Part shown: positions 1-8,813 of the stretch, piece by piece
Numbering within the stretch: the first letter of the stretch is position 1
Layout: each line of letters begins with the position of its first letter
NCBI GenBank assembly: GCA_012839805.1
Contig: DUMU01000007.1
Span: 78,374 to 142,373 of the forward strand
DNA: 64,000 nt
Reading direction: 5' to 3'
Origin: Bacillota bacterium
GTDB lineage: Bacteria > Bacillota > Limnochordia > Limnochordales > DUMU01
The notes under the pieces: model-generated
The model's database searches: none
What the model was told of the DNA's origin: nothing
The model's input: only the letters and a program-made list of their open reading frames with translations
Position numbers and translations under genes: made by a program

Positions 1-326
1 GACGATATGACCAAGGGAGTCGAGAGCCCCAGATAAGAGCGATCCAGCACCAGTATCTGCGCCTGATGAACTGCTTTTTCCCCGTTTACCCCCGCGCCTT
101 CGTCTTGCCAGACGATCGTCCGCAAGTGTACGCCCGGGCCTATCGGCTCGAGCTCGTCTTCCAGGGTGGCAGCCTGAAGCCCGGCGTTGATGCCGGTGAA
201 GGCCGTGCCCAGGAAGATGAGGGCGGCCAGGGCAAAGATCAGAGCCGCGTACCGCGGCCGGCGGTGAAGACCAGAAAAGCCACCCAATTCGGAAACCTCC
301 CCGGTAACAGTGGAACGCTTCGACAT
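1..326 (-). CDS. hypothetical membrane-anchored protein, N-terminal part only (gene runs off the left edge)
   Basis: Own minus-strand translation: ATG at 326-324, then an open frame to nt 1 (MSKRSTVTGEVSELGGFSGLHRRPRYAALIFALAALIFLGTAFTGINAG...). One hydrophobic helix. Absent from the ORF track because no stop lies in the window. No family recognised. Confidence 0.4.
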   Translation of the reverse strand, partial: MSKRSTVTGEVSELGGFSGLHRRPRYAALIFALAALIFLGTAFTGINAGLQAATLEDELEPIGPGVHLRTIVWQDEGAGVNGEKAVHQAQILVLDRSYLGLSTPLVIS

Positions 327-428
327 TACTCAGGGCCCGTCCTGCCGGGAGGAGTTCCCGGCTGGGACAGGTGCGGGGCCGGTCTCCACATGGGTACGGG
401 TCACCCGGCTTCGGTATGCTGGCGGACC

Positions 429-1184
429 TTAGGACTGGGAGGGTCTGGCCGCGGTTTCTCCCTCCGGCCGGGAACGATCGTAGTGCAGGCGGTGGAATCG
501 GAGTGCCTCCCGTACGTGCTGGTCCCAGTAATCCCAGGTATGGCCTCCGGGATGTTCACGATAGTCATGTGGCACGCCGCGTTCTTCCAGGAAGGCGTGG
601 AAGCGGCGGTTCTCTTCGATCAGGAAATCGTCCGTTCCGCAGTCGAAAGCGATGGCGGGCAGGCGGTCGGCGCTGGCCCGTTCCGCCCAATGGTAGATGT
701 CGGCGTCAACGGGGTCAAGCGGTGGGCTGCCGAAGCGTTGGGCGAGAACCGATACGGGCCAAAGGGCACTCGAGTGGGCCCAGACCGAACGAAAACGGTC
801 CGGATACTTGAAGGCCAGGCGCAGTGCCCCAAAGCCGCCCATGGACAATCCCCCGATCGCGGCGGGGCCTTGGTCGACGTGGAAAAGGCGAGCCAGGTGG
901 GGGGGAAGGTCGTTTATCAGGAAGTCCTCGTAACGCTCGTGAGCGGAATAGTTAAGCCAGAAGCTGAGGCCGCCGTCGGGCAGCACCACGAGGAAAGGCG
1001 AGGTAGCGGCATAGCGGGCGAGGTTGGAGAAACGCAGCCACCCGGTATGGTCGTCGGAGGCGCCGTGGAGCTGGTAAAGTACAGGGTACGGCCCCGGCCC
1101 GGCCGCCGGGTCGGGCAGCAGGACGGTATAGCGTACGTGACGACCTAAGGAGGGACTGAGGAAAGTAATCTCGGCGTAGTCCAA
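429..1184 (-). CDS. alpha/beta hydrolase, esterase D / putative esterase family (PF00756-like)
   Basis: 251-aa ORF with VLYQLHGASDDHTGW, the nucleophile elbow GLSMGG and C-terminal GGHTWDYW. The 360-aa plus-strand ORF 66..1148 is its antisense shadow. Confidence 0.8.
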   Translation of the reverse strand: MDYAEITFLSPSLGRHVRYTVLLPDPAAGPGPYPVLYQLHGASDDHTGWLRFSNLARYAATSPFLVVLPDGGLSFWLNYSAHERYEDFLINDLPPHLARLFHVDQGPAAIGGLSMGGFGALRLAFKYPDRFRSVWAHSSALWPVSVLAQRFGSPPLDPVDADIYHWAERASADRLPAIAFDCGTDDFLIEENRRFHAFLEERGVPHDYREHPGGHTWDYWDQHVREALRFHRLHYDRSRPEGETAARPSQS

Positions 1185-1392
1185 GGTTTCTCCACTCCTA
1201 GCAAGCCATACTGGACTGCTGTGGTAGCTACTCGCCCGCGTGCCGTTCGACGCCGCTTCCTTGTTTCCTGCCGCGCTTTACGTTCCGGGCGCGGGGAAGG
1301 AGGGTCCCTGCCCATGCAGAGTATACCGGAGCAAAGTCGAGGCGCGATGCCCTGCCTTGTGCCATGGTTGTCCGGACCACCGGGCCGTTGCC

Positions 1393-1421
1393 TTGACAGG
1401 GGCAGGGTGCCGGCTTAGAAT
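1393..1421 (+). promoter_or_regulatory. sigma-70-type promoter for tRNA-Arg
   Basis: TTGACA (1393-1398), 17-nt spacer, TAGAAT (1416-1421), about 30 nt upstream of the tRNA 5' end. Confidence 0.6.
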
Positions 1422-1450
1422 AACAACTAGTTTTGGAGCTAAAAACGGAT

Positions 1451-1527
1451 GCGCCCGTAGCTCAGCTGGACAGAGCGTTTGGCTACGAACCAAAAGGCCG
1501 GGGGTTCGAGTCCCTCCGGGCGCACCA
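1451..1527 (+). tRNA. tRNA-Arg (anticodon ACG), CCA encoded
   Basis: Cloverleaf folded by hand: acceptor gcgcccg/cgggcgc, anticodon stem tttgg/ccaaa with loop cTACGaa, T-loop ggttcgagtcc, 3' ACCA. Confidence 0.93.
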
Positions 1528-1755
1528 TTTACCACGCTTTTACACCTGGGGCCAAGCATCGGAAGGATGTTCGGCGGCCAGGTTTTTTGTTGGCTGAGCC
1601 GGGTATTGCTCTTCTCCTTCGTGGTCATCCTGCTCTATGGAAGACCGGTCGGGCAGTCCCGGGGCCTTGCCGGCCGGGCACAGGCCTGGCCCACGGGCTC
1701 GGACGGCGGCCGGCGCAGACGTCGTAACCATGAGAAGGAGAGGAGAAGGCCGAAA

Positions 1756-2976
1756 ATGGCGGCAACGGATGAGAGGCATGAGGCCTCAGGGACCGAAGGC
1801 GGCATGGCCGGCATGGGTGGCGTGGGCGGTACCGGGGCGGCAGGGGGAAGCGGTCCTGCTCGTGGCGGTGGCGATGGCCGGCGCCGGCTCCTTATCTGGC
1901 TCGAGTGGTTACGGCGGAATCCCCTGGTAACGGTAGTGGTGGTCGTGGCCGCCGTAGCCCTGGGGGCGACCCTGCTGCGCGGCCGTACCTGGATGCAACC
2001 GGTGGGAAGGCCGCGCCAGCCCCAGGTCATTGCTTTCTACCAGAAAGGCTGGACCGACCTGGACCGGGGACTGCCCGCACTGCAGGCCAACTACCGTCAC
2101 ATCGACATTCTCTCGCCGTTCTGGTACACCATCGAAAGCAACGGTGACATCGTGCCGCGAGACATCGAGGACGCGGTGCTGCGCTTTGCCAGGGATAAGA
2201 AGATCCCCCTCCATCCTCTCTTCAACAAAGGGGAGGGAACGGCGATGGTCGCCGACCCGGCAATCCGGGCAAAGGTAGCGAGGGGCATCAACGACATCGT
2301 CGAGAAAGCGGGGTACGCAGGCGTCAATATCGACCTCCAGCCACTTACACCCGGCTTGTCGGATGAGTTTACCGACCTGGTGAGGCAAGTTGCGCGCCTG
2401 CTCCATCCCCAGGGGAAGATGGTCTCGGTTTCGGTCATGCCCCAGGTAGGCGTGCCCGAAACCGTTACGGGAGTGTACGACTACGCGGCCCTGGCCCGCA
2501 CCAGCGATTTCCTGGTCTTGATGGCGTACGACCGGCACTCTGCGCCCGGATCACCACCGGGGGCGGTCGCTCCCCACGGATGGGTAGAGGAAAACGTACG
2601 TTGGGCGCTGAACCATGGTGTGCCCGCTCACAAGCTGGTACTGGGCGTGGCAACTTATGGATATGATTGGCACGACGCGACGCCGCAGGGGAAGACCGTA
2701 GGATTAAAAGCGGCGGTCGAGAAGGCCAGGCTTACTGGGGCCGATATCCGTTTCGACCCCAGCACCCGCTCGCTCTTCTTTAGTTACAGCCCGGGGCAGT
2801 ATACCCCCCGCAATGTATGGTTCGAGGGTGGGGACAGCGCCATGGAAAAAGCCGCCCTCGCCCGCAAGTACCGGCTCTTCGGGGTGGGCGTCTGGCGGGT
2901 CGGCTACGAGACCGAGTACTTCTGGAACAAGCTCGAAGACGCTTTGCAGCGGGGAGGCAAATCACCCGCCCGCTAA
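1756..2976 (+). CDS. glycoside hydrolase family 18 protein, YaaH/YdhD-like (spore peptidoglycan hydrolase family), N-terminal TM anchor
   Basis: C-terminal ~320 aa of ORF 1240..2976 have the GH18 layout (ILSPFWY, GYAGVNIDLQPL, LMAYD, GVATYGYDW). The ORF 5' end overlaps tRNA-Arg. ATG at 1756 is preceded by gagaaggagaggagaagg. ATG at 1567 is an alternative. TM helix LVTVVVVVAAVALGATLL. Confidence 0.8.
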   Translation: MAATDERHEASGTEGGMAGMGGVGGTGAAGGSGPARGGGDGRRRLLIWLEWLRRNPLVTVVVVVAAVALGATLLRGRTWMQPVGRPRQPQVIAFYQKGWTDLDRGLPALQANYRHIDILSPFWYTIESNGDIVPRDIEDAVLRFARDKKIPLHPLFNKGEGTAMVADPAIRAKVARGINDIVEKAGYAGVNIDLQPLTPGLSDEFTDLVRQVARLLHPQGKMVSVSVMPQVGVPETVTGVYDYAALARTSDFLVLMAYDRHSAPGSPPGAVAPHGWVEENVRWALNHGVPAHKLVLGVATYGYDWHDATPQGKTVGLKAAVEKARLTGADIRFDPSTRSLFFSYSPGQYTPRNVWFEGGDSAMEKAALARKYRLFGVGVWRVGYETEYFWNKLEDALQRGGKSPAR

Positions 2977-4407
2977 GGGGGCGGGCCACGCTCCCAGCCG
3001 GAGCCAGTAATCGACCAGCGTGCGCATGCCGGCCCGGAGGTTTTCCAGGTGGAAGTGCTCGTTGGGGGCGTGGAACTTCTCGCCGGGCAAAGCAAACCCG
3101 AGCAGCACCACCGGTGCCTCCAGCCGCTCGGCCAGAGCCGGCACCACCGGGATGGATCCGCCCATGCGGACGAAGACCGGCCGCCGGCCGAAAGCGAACT
3201 CCTCCGCCATCGCCGCGGCCGCGGCTTGCAGGAACGGGTTGCCGGGTGAGGTCACCCACGCCCTCCCTCCTTCCATCCGGGTGAACCGATAGCTAACCCC
3301 CGCGGGCAGCCTCTGGCGTACCGCCGCTTCGATCGAGTCCAGGACCGCACCCGGGTCCTGGTGCGGGACGAGGCGACAGGTTATCTTCGCGTGTGCCGAG
3401 GCCGGGATGATCGTCTTGGTCCCCTCTCCCTGGAAGCCGCCCCAGATGCCGTTCACCTCCAGAGTAGGCCGGCCCCACATCCGTTCCAGGGGCGTATACC
3501 CTTCTTCCCCGGCCAGGGCGCTTACGCCGATCTCCCGGCACAGGCTCGTTTCGTCGAAGGGGAGTGAAGCCCAAGCTTCCCGTTCCGCCGGGGTGAGCGG
3601 CTCGACGGCGTCATAGAAACCGGGTATGGCAATCCGCCCGGCTTCATCGTGGAAGGAGGCGATCAGCCGGGCGAGCACGGTCGCAGGGTTCGCCACTGCT
3701 CCCCCGTACACCCCGGAATGCAAATCGTGATCGGGTCCGTATACGTCAATCTGGCAGGCAGCAATCCCCCGCAGGCCGGTGCAGATGGAGGGGAAGCCGG
3801 GTGCATACATGGGCGTATCGGAAATGACCACCACGTCGGCGGCGAGCATTTCGCGTGCTTCCGGCCGGCGGAGGAATTCATGCAGGTGGGTGCTGGAAGT
3901 CTCTTCTTCGCCTTCCAGGATGAACTTCACGCGTAACGGCCAGCTGCCTGCTGCTTCGCGCAGGGCTTCCAGAGCGGCGAGATGCATCCAGACCTGGCCC
4001 TTGTCATCGCTGGCCCCGCGGCCAAAAACCTTGCCATCTCTGATGACCGGCTCGAAAGGGGGTGAGTCCCACCGGTCGAGCGGGTCGACCGGCTGAACGT
4101 CATAGTGGCCGTAGATCAAGACGGTGGGGGCGGCGGTGGCGGCAGTACCATCCGCCGACCGCGGCCCCGAGTCGGCGTAGACCAGGGGATGGCCGGCGGT
4201 AGTGATGACTTCGACCAACGGAAAGCCCAGCTCTTCCAGCTTTCGGGCCAGGAAGCGGGCGGCAGCTTCCACGTCGCGCCGGTGTTCCGGCAAAGTACTG
4301 ATGCTGGGGATGCGCAGAAACTCCATCAGCCCCGACAGGATGTCGCGTTCCTTTTGCTCGAGATAGGAGAACGCTTGCTTGCGAATTTCCGCCACCGTAG
4401 CGGGCAC
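2962..4407 (-). CDS. M20 family metallopeptidase (dipeptidase / ArgE-DapE-CPG2 family)
   Basis: Motifs FLRIPSIS, YGHYDVQP, GRGASDDKG, EGEEETSS. GTG at 4407 follows aaggggggg with an 8-nt spacer. The longer ORF (to 4740) overlaps the cyclase gene. ATG at 4326 (TGATG overlap with the cyclase stop) would delete the conserved N-terminus. Confidence 0.8.
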   Translation of the reverse strand: MPATVAEIRKQAFSYLEQKERDILSGLMEFLRIPSISTLPEHRRDVEAAARFLARKLEELGFPLVEVITTAGHPLVYADSGPRSADGTAATAAPTVLIYGHYDVQPVDPLDRWDSPPFEPVIRDGKVFGRGASDDKGQVWMHLAALEALREAAGSWPLRVKFILEGEEETSSTHLHEFLRRPEAREMLAADVVVISDTPMYAPGFPSICTGLRGIAACQIDVYGPDHDLHSGVYGGAVANPATVLARLIASFHDEAGRIAIPGFYDAVEPLTPAEREAWASLPFDETSLCREIGVSALAGEEGYTPLERMWGRPTLEVNGIWGGFQGEGTKTIIPASAHAKITCRLVPHQDPGAVLDSIEAAVRQRLPAGVSYRFTRMEGGRAWVTSPGNPFLQAAAAAMAEEFAFGRRPVFVRMGGSIPVVPALAERLEAPVVLLGFALPGEKFHAPNEHFHLENLRAGMRTLVDYWLRLGAWPAPLAGG

Positions 4408-5138
4408 CTCAAAAACCCCCCCTTGTCGAAAACCGCGAAAACGCACGCGGGTGAACCGCTGCCTCCAACCAGTCGTAAGATCCCGATGATCAGGGTGGCC
4501 CCGGTCGCGGGGATCCGATCCAGATTGGTCAGGTTCTCGAGGACGATCCGCGGCTTTTCCAGTACCAGGCGGTTGACGGAAAAGGCCGTGTCGAGACCCG
4601 GGTCGATGCCGGGGGCATCGGTCCCGAGGCCCGCCACCCGGCGTTCGGTCAATAGCCACCGGGCGGCCTCGAGACCAAAGCCCGGGAAATGTAGCCGGCC
4701 CGCCGCGTCCTGGTTCAAGAAGGCCGGCGGATCGTCCCATCGGTCCTGCCAGCCGGTGAGGAGGAGGACGACTACCCCGGCCGGGAACTGCCCGTGGGAG
4801 GACTCCCAGGCTTCCAGGTCACCGAGGGTGACCGCGTAATCCGGTTCAGCTGCGGCCCGGGGGCGGACGTCCACCACCACGGCCGGAACGACGAGCGAAG
4901 AAGCCGGGTAGGTATCGATGGTGGCACCTTCGGGATGGAAGGCAGCCGGCGCATGCAGATGGGTGGCAGTGTGTTCACCCAGGGAAAAGCGGCGAAGGCG
5001 GTAGCCTTCCCGGGCGAAGCTCGCCACCACGGCGAACTCCACCCGGGGGTCGCCGGGCCAACAGGGAATCCCTTCATGGATCGGGTGGCTGAGTTCTACG
5101 ACGTGAGCGAAAGTGAAATCAAAGCCGGGCTTCGACAT
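4326..5138 (-). CDS. cyclase family protein (kynurenine formamidase-like, PF04199-like)
   Basis: 270-aa ORF with HPIHEGIPCWPGDP, GEHTATHLHAP, LLLTGW and GLGTDAPGIDP. The C-terminal ~45 aa tail looks non-homologous and overlaps the M20 start. Confidence 0.75.
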   Translation of the reverse strand: MSKPGFDFTFAHVVELSHPIHEGIPCWPGDPRVEFAVVASFAREGYRLRRFSLGEHTATHLHAPAAFHPEGATIDTYPASSLVVPAVVVDVRPRAAAEPDYAVTLGDLEAWESSHGQFPAGVVVLLLTGWQDRWDDPPAFLNQDAAGRLHFPGFGLEAARWLLTERRVAGLGTDAPGIDPGLDTAFSVNRLVLEKPRIVLENLTNLDRIPATGATLIIGILRLVGGSGSPACVFAVFDKGGFLRCPLRWRKFASKRSPISSKRNATSCRG

Positions 5139-5150
5139 ATCCGTAGCAGG

Positions 5151-5960
5151 TCACAGCTTGAGTTTGGGCCGGGTGGCCTCCCGGAAAGCTTCGGCCAGGA
5201 ACTCTTGACCCCAGTTGATGATGGCGTCGACCTTGCCCGTAGCCGGGTTAACCACCACGACCAGGCCCGGGTAGGCCTCCCACTGCCAGTGCTCGACCGT
5301 GATCGTCTTGTCCTTGTCGGCCTGGTACAGGCGGCCATGTACCCTCGTCTCTGCCGGACCCACCAGCTTCACGGGTTGTACGACGTCCGGTTCGCCCAAA
5401 GAGGCTATGACGTCGCTCTTGGAGGCGCCGATGCCGAAGGCGAGCGGCATAACCTGGTAGAGGTAATTCACCTCCGAAACGCTGCTTTTGACCGTCACCT
5501 GCACCCAGCCGGGCTTGAGGAAGAGGATTTCTCCCGCGGGCGAAACGGTGGCCACCTGCGGGTCGGAGGTGGAAAACTGGAGCAGCTCCTGGCCTGACGG
5601 CCAGGGGATCACGTTGTTGCCCGGCAAAGGACCGGAACCCGTCTCGGTGAGGATGTACCCGCGCACGCCGGCATCCGCAGCCGGTGAAGTGAGGCTTATC
5701 CGGCCGGCACTCGTCGTTGGCGGCAGGTAGACAAGCCAGAAACCAAAGTCGAGCTCAAGATAGCTCCCGTTAGCCACCACCAGGTATAGGGGTGAACCGT
5801 AAGCCGCCAGCGCGTCAGGGTCGACCCCGGCAGCCAGAGCGGCATCTGGGGCCAGGGCGCAGACAACGGCGGAAGCAAAGAAGAGCACAAACAGGCCGGC
5901 AAGCTTGGGGTGGCCCACCGGCGCGATCCGGTAAACCGGCTTGGGCGGCAGGGAGGTCAT
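5151..5960 (-). CDS. hypothetical exported protein
   Basis: 269-aa ORF with an N-terminal hydrophobic signal or anchor (LAGLFVLFFASAVVCALAPDAALAAG). Starts 28 nt after the rnfC stop. No family recognised with confidence; a possible Ig-like segment is VATVSPAGEILFLKPGWVQVTVKS. Confidence 0.55.
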   Translation of the reverse strand: MTSLPPKPVYRIAPVGHPKLAGLFVLFFASAVVCALAPDAALAAGVDPDALAAYGSPLYLVVANGSYLELDFGFWLVYLPPTTSAGRISLTSPAADAGVRGYILTETGSGPLPGNNVIPWPSGQELLQFSTSDPQVATVSPAGEILFLKPGWVQVTVKSSVSEVNYLYQVMPLAFGIGASKSDVIASLGEPDVVQPVKLVGPAETRVHGRLYQADKDKTITVEHWQWEAYPGLVVVVNPATGKVDAIINWGQEFLAEAFREATRPKLKL

Positions 5961-5987
5961 GACTCCGGCGCCTCCTTTCGCCCAGTA

Positions 5988-7493
5988 TTACGCCGCGCCC
6001 TGGGGAATCACCTCCTGCTCCTGGTTCACCGGTTCCGAAGTACCGCGATCCGGCAGGGCGCGTGGTTGCGCGCCAGGTATGCCATTGGACACGGCGCCTA
6101 ACTGGCCGGTGGGCGGGGTGCCGGGTAGGGTGGTTCGCACAGCGGGGCGCGGGTGCTCGCGCCACGCTGCCTTCCCCATACGCAAATACTGAACCAGCGG
6201 CCGGCGGCTCGGGCAACTGTAGGCGCAAGAGCCGCATTCTACGCAGTCCGCCAGCCCCCAGGTGACGGCCTGGTCCAGCCGGCCGGCGGCCACCAGGCGG
6301 GCAAGCTGGAACGGAGCGAGACCTTGCGGGCAGGCGTCGAGGCAGCGCCCGCAACGCAAGCAGGGACCGGCCTCGTCCACGGGCGACGCCCGGGCTGTGA
6401 AGGCCAGTACCCCGCCGCAACCCTTGAGCACGGGGACGTCGAGGTCGGCCACGGCGGTGCCCATCATCGGGCCGCCCAGGATGACCTGTCGCAAAGCGCT
6501 CTCGTCCACCCCGGCTGCCTTGAGCAGTTCCCGAACCGGGAGCCCGATGGGCACCCAGTAGTTGGCGGGCTCGGCGACCGCGTCGCCGTCGACGGTTACG
6601 ATGCGCTGGAGGAGAGGTTCGCCCGTAAGGAGAGCCCGGCCCAGGGCCGAGGCTGTGGCTACGTTATGGACGACGACTCCTACGTCGGCAGGTAGACCCC
6701 GGCGGGGAACGACCCGGCCCGTGATGGTGCGGACCAGGGTGCGTTCAGCGCCCTGGGGGTAAAGGCTGGGAAGGACCCGAACCTCGAACCCGGGCAAACC
6801 TCGTACCATCTGCCGGAGCAGGGCGATGGCATCCGGCTTGTTGTCTTCGATCGCGATCACAACCCGGGAAACGCCAAGAGCCCGCTTCATCGCCCTTGCT
6901 CCCCAGAGCAGGGTGGGGGTTTCTTCGACCATCAAGCGGTGATCGCAGGTGAGATAGGGTTCACACTCGCAACCGTTGAGGATCAGGAAGTCGGGGCGGG
7001 GATCATCCCGGGGAGTCAGCTTGACGTAGCTTGGAAAAAGGCCTCCGCCCATGCCCACGAGCCCGGCTTCTCGAGCCAGCCGGCGGATTCCTTCGGGATT
7101 CATCTCTTCCGGCGAGCCGCCATCGCCGAGAAAGGAGCGGTCAAGGGGAAGGAAGGAGTCTCGACCGTCGTTTTCTATCACTACGGCGGGTATCCACAGG
7201 CCGGAAGGATGTAGACGCGGCTCAACGGCGACCACCCTGCCGCAGATGGGCGCGTGGACGGGGGCGCCAAGGCCGCGCGCTTCCCCGATCTTCTGACCCC
7301 GGATGACCCGGTCACCCTTTTGTACCAGCGGCGAGCACGGCTCCCCGGCGTGTTGCCACAGGGAGACGATCAAGCGCTCGGGCGGTGGCAATCTCTTCAC
7401 TGCTTTCCCGGCGGTGGCTGCCTTCTGCTGGGGAAGCTTCAACCCTGAATGGTGGGGGTTCGTTATTCGTTCCACGAAAGCGGCTGCAAACAC
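5988..7493 (-). CDS. rnfC: electron transport complex subunit RnfC (canonical copy)
   Basis: GTG start. RnfC_N-like QHAGEPCSPLVQKGDRVIRGQKIG...PVHAPICGRVV. NADH/FMN signatures GMGGGLFPS and NGCECEPYLTCDH. Two ferredoxin motifs, CLRCGRCLDACP and CVECGSCAYSCP. Confidence 0.9.
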   Translation of the reverse strand: MFAAAFVERITNPHHSGLKLPQQKAATAGKAVKRLPPPERLIVSLWQHAGEPCSPLVQKGDRVIRGQKIGEARGLGAPVHAPICGRVVAVEPRLHPSGLWIPAVVIENDGRDSFLPLDRSFLGDGGSPEEMNPEGIRRLAREAGLVGMGGGLFPSYVKLTPRDDPRPDFLILNGCECEPYLTCDHRLMVEETPTLLWGARAMKRALGVSRVVIAIEDNKPDAIALLRQMVRGLPGFEVRVLPSLYPQGAERTLVRTITGRVVPRRGLPADVGVVVHNVATASALGRALLTGEPLLQRIVTVDGDAVAEPANYWVPIGLPVRELLKAAGVDESALRQVILGGPMMGTAVADLDVPVLKGCGGVLAFTARASPVDEAGPCLRCGRCLDACPQGLAPFQLARLVAAGRLDQAVTWGLADCVECGSCAYSCPSRRPLVQYLRMGKAAWREHPRPAVRTTLPGTPPTGQLGAVSNGIPGAQPRALPDRGTSEPVNQEQEVIPQGAA

Positions 7494-7502
7494 GGGCGCA
7501 CC

Positions 7503-7537
7503 CTCCTCCGGAGGAGACCGAGATAGTGCGCACTATC
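7503..7537 (-). promoter_or_regulatory. two perfect palindromes in the rnfC leader: CTCCTCCGGAGGAG (covers the SD) and GATAGTGCGCACTATC
   Basis: Read directly: 7503-7516 is a 14-nt perfect palindrome containing GGAGGAG 9 nt upstream of the GTG start. 7522-7537 is a 16-nt perfect palindrome. Confidence 0.45.
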
Positions 7538-7742
7538 ACTAAGGCGGGGAAATAAACACGCGCTCGTGCGCACCACTTGACTCCTTTGCCTCCTGAGCTT
7601 ACCACGCAAGCGGTTCAGCTGCAAGAGATTAGTGGCGAAATTCACGAACTGGTTTCACCAGCTCCAGCCACCGGCCCTGGACCGGCAGCCGCCTCCCGTT
7701 AGCGACCTATAGCTAAAAATACCGGCGGCCGGCTGCGGGGCT

Positions 7743-8813
7743 TCAGCGTGCTACCGCGTCGTAGGGGGCGGCGTTGCTGCCGCGCACGGTTATGACGGTA
7801 CGGTTGGGGACACAGACGATGGACTGGGAGGCATTGGTGATCCAGCCCGTGCGCACGCAGACCTTGTCCGGGCAATCGGACTCGCGCACCCGTATCCGCC
7901 CGGGCTCGACCTCCAGGATCATGCGGCCGCGGGGTGTGTTGAGGGTTAGGAACCGGTTCGTGCGCAAAGGCACGATCATTCGTAACTCACCGGCGACCCG
8001 GACCACTGCCTCGGGGTTGGCAGGAGGCGCGGCAAGACTTCCATGCCACAGCAGGATCAGGAGTGCTGCGAAGGCCAGGACACTGGCTATAGCGCCATCT
8101 CCCACCCGTAGAGAAAGACGGTTACGCCGGGAGAAGAGCGCTTGTGAACGTTCCGCCAGCCCGAGCAGTCGCACGGTCAGCCGGGAAACCTTGGGGGGCG
8201 AGACGTTTCCCCGCGAGGGGGCGGTCTCGGCCGGGAGAGCGCCGGGGTCAGCCACGAGTACCGGCAGGAGATAGGCGGCGATCACGCCTATCAGGGCTCC
8301 GGTAGGCAGGGAAAACCAGAGTAAGTACGGAAGGTAGGCCAAGATGGCCCAGCCGCCGGTGAGGAGGCGGGCGACGAGGAGTTGGGCCACATTGTGGGTG
8401 GCCGCTCCCGCGATGCTCACTCCCGTGGGCGAAAGACGGCCGCGGGCGACGCGAGAGGTGACGGACATAGCTCCGACGCTGGCGATGCCGCCGCCAAGCC
8501 CGAAGAGGAAGGGGGCCGAGAGGAAAGTACCCGTGGCCAGCGACCCGAGGACCTGGCGGGCAACCACGAGCAGCAAAGCCTCCCGCCACCCCCAGATGAG
8601 CACTGCGAGCAAGGAGGCCAGGTTGGCCAGGCCGATCTTGGCGCCGGGCACGGGCAGTGCCGGGAGCAGGCTCTCGAAAACGTAGAGGGTGACGGCGATG
8701 GCGAGGAGAACGCCCAGGTAGGCTGCCTTGCGGGTGCTATTCCCCAGGCCTTTCGTGGCCACGGCCACCGGCGATGCGGTTCCGGTGACGGGCAGGGCAC
8801 GAACCTCGTTCAT
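7743..8813 (-). CDS. fusion protein: Gx transporter (Hpre_diP_synt_I, PF07456-like) N-terminal membrane domain plus NusG domain II (PF07009-like) C-terminal domain
   Basis: N-terminal half is polytopic (LGVLLAIAVTLYVFESLLP...GAKIGLANLASLLAV...ATHNVAQLLVARLL). C-terminal half has a TM helix followed by VVRVAGELRMIVPL...ILEVEPGRIRVRESDCPDKVCVRTGWI...IVCVPNRTVITV. ATG at 8813 overlaps the apbE stop (ATGA). GTG at 8822 is an alternative. Confidence 0.75.
   Translation of the reverse strand: MNEVRALPVTGTASPVAVATKGLGNSTRKAAYLGVLLAIAVTLYVFESLLPALPVPGAKIGLANLASLLAVLIWGWREALLLVVARQVLGSLATGTFLSAPFLFGLGGGIASVGAMSVTSRVARGRLSPTGVSIAGAATHNVAQLLVARLLTGGWAILAYLPYLLWFSLPTGALIGVIAAYLLPVLVADPGALPAETAPSRGNVSPPKVSRLTVRLLGLAERSQALFSRRNRLSLRVGDGAIASVLAFAALLILLWHGSLAAPPANPEAVVRVAGELRMIVPLRTNRFLTLNTPRGRMILEVEPGRIRVRESDCPDKVCVRTGWITNASQSIVCVPNRTVITVRGSNAAPYDAVAR

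Noticed and set aside
66-1148. 360-aa plus-strand ORF.
   Set aside because: It is antisense to the well-supported esterase gene (429..1184). The product is Gly/Arg/Pro-rich with no recognisable motifs. This is the typical high-GC shadow ORF.
1240-1755. N-terminal 172 codons of ORF 1240..2976.
   Set aside because: They span tRNA-Arg (1451-1527) and its promoter. GH18 homology and a good SD begin only at or after 1756.
7715-7742. Possible terminator (CCGGCCGCCGG followed by TATTTTT on the minus strand) right after the Gx/NusG-II gene.
   Set aside because: The stem is only about 4 bp with a 3-nt loop, too weak to call. The T-run is real, but the hairpin is not convincing.
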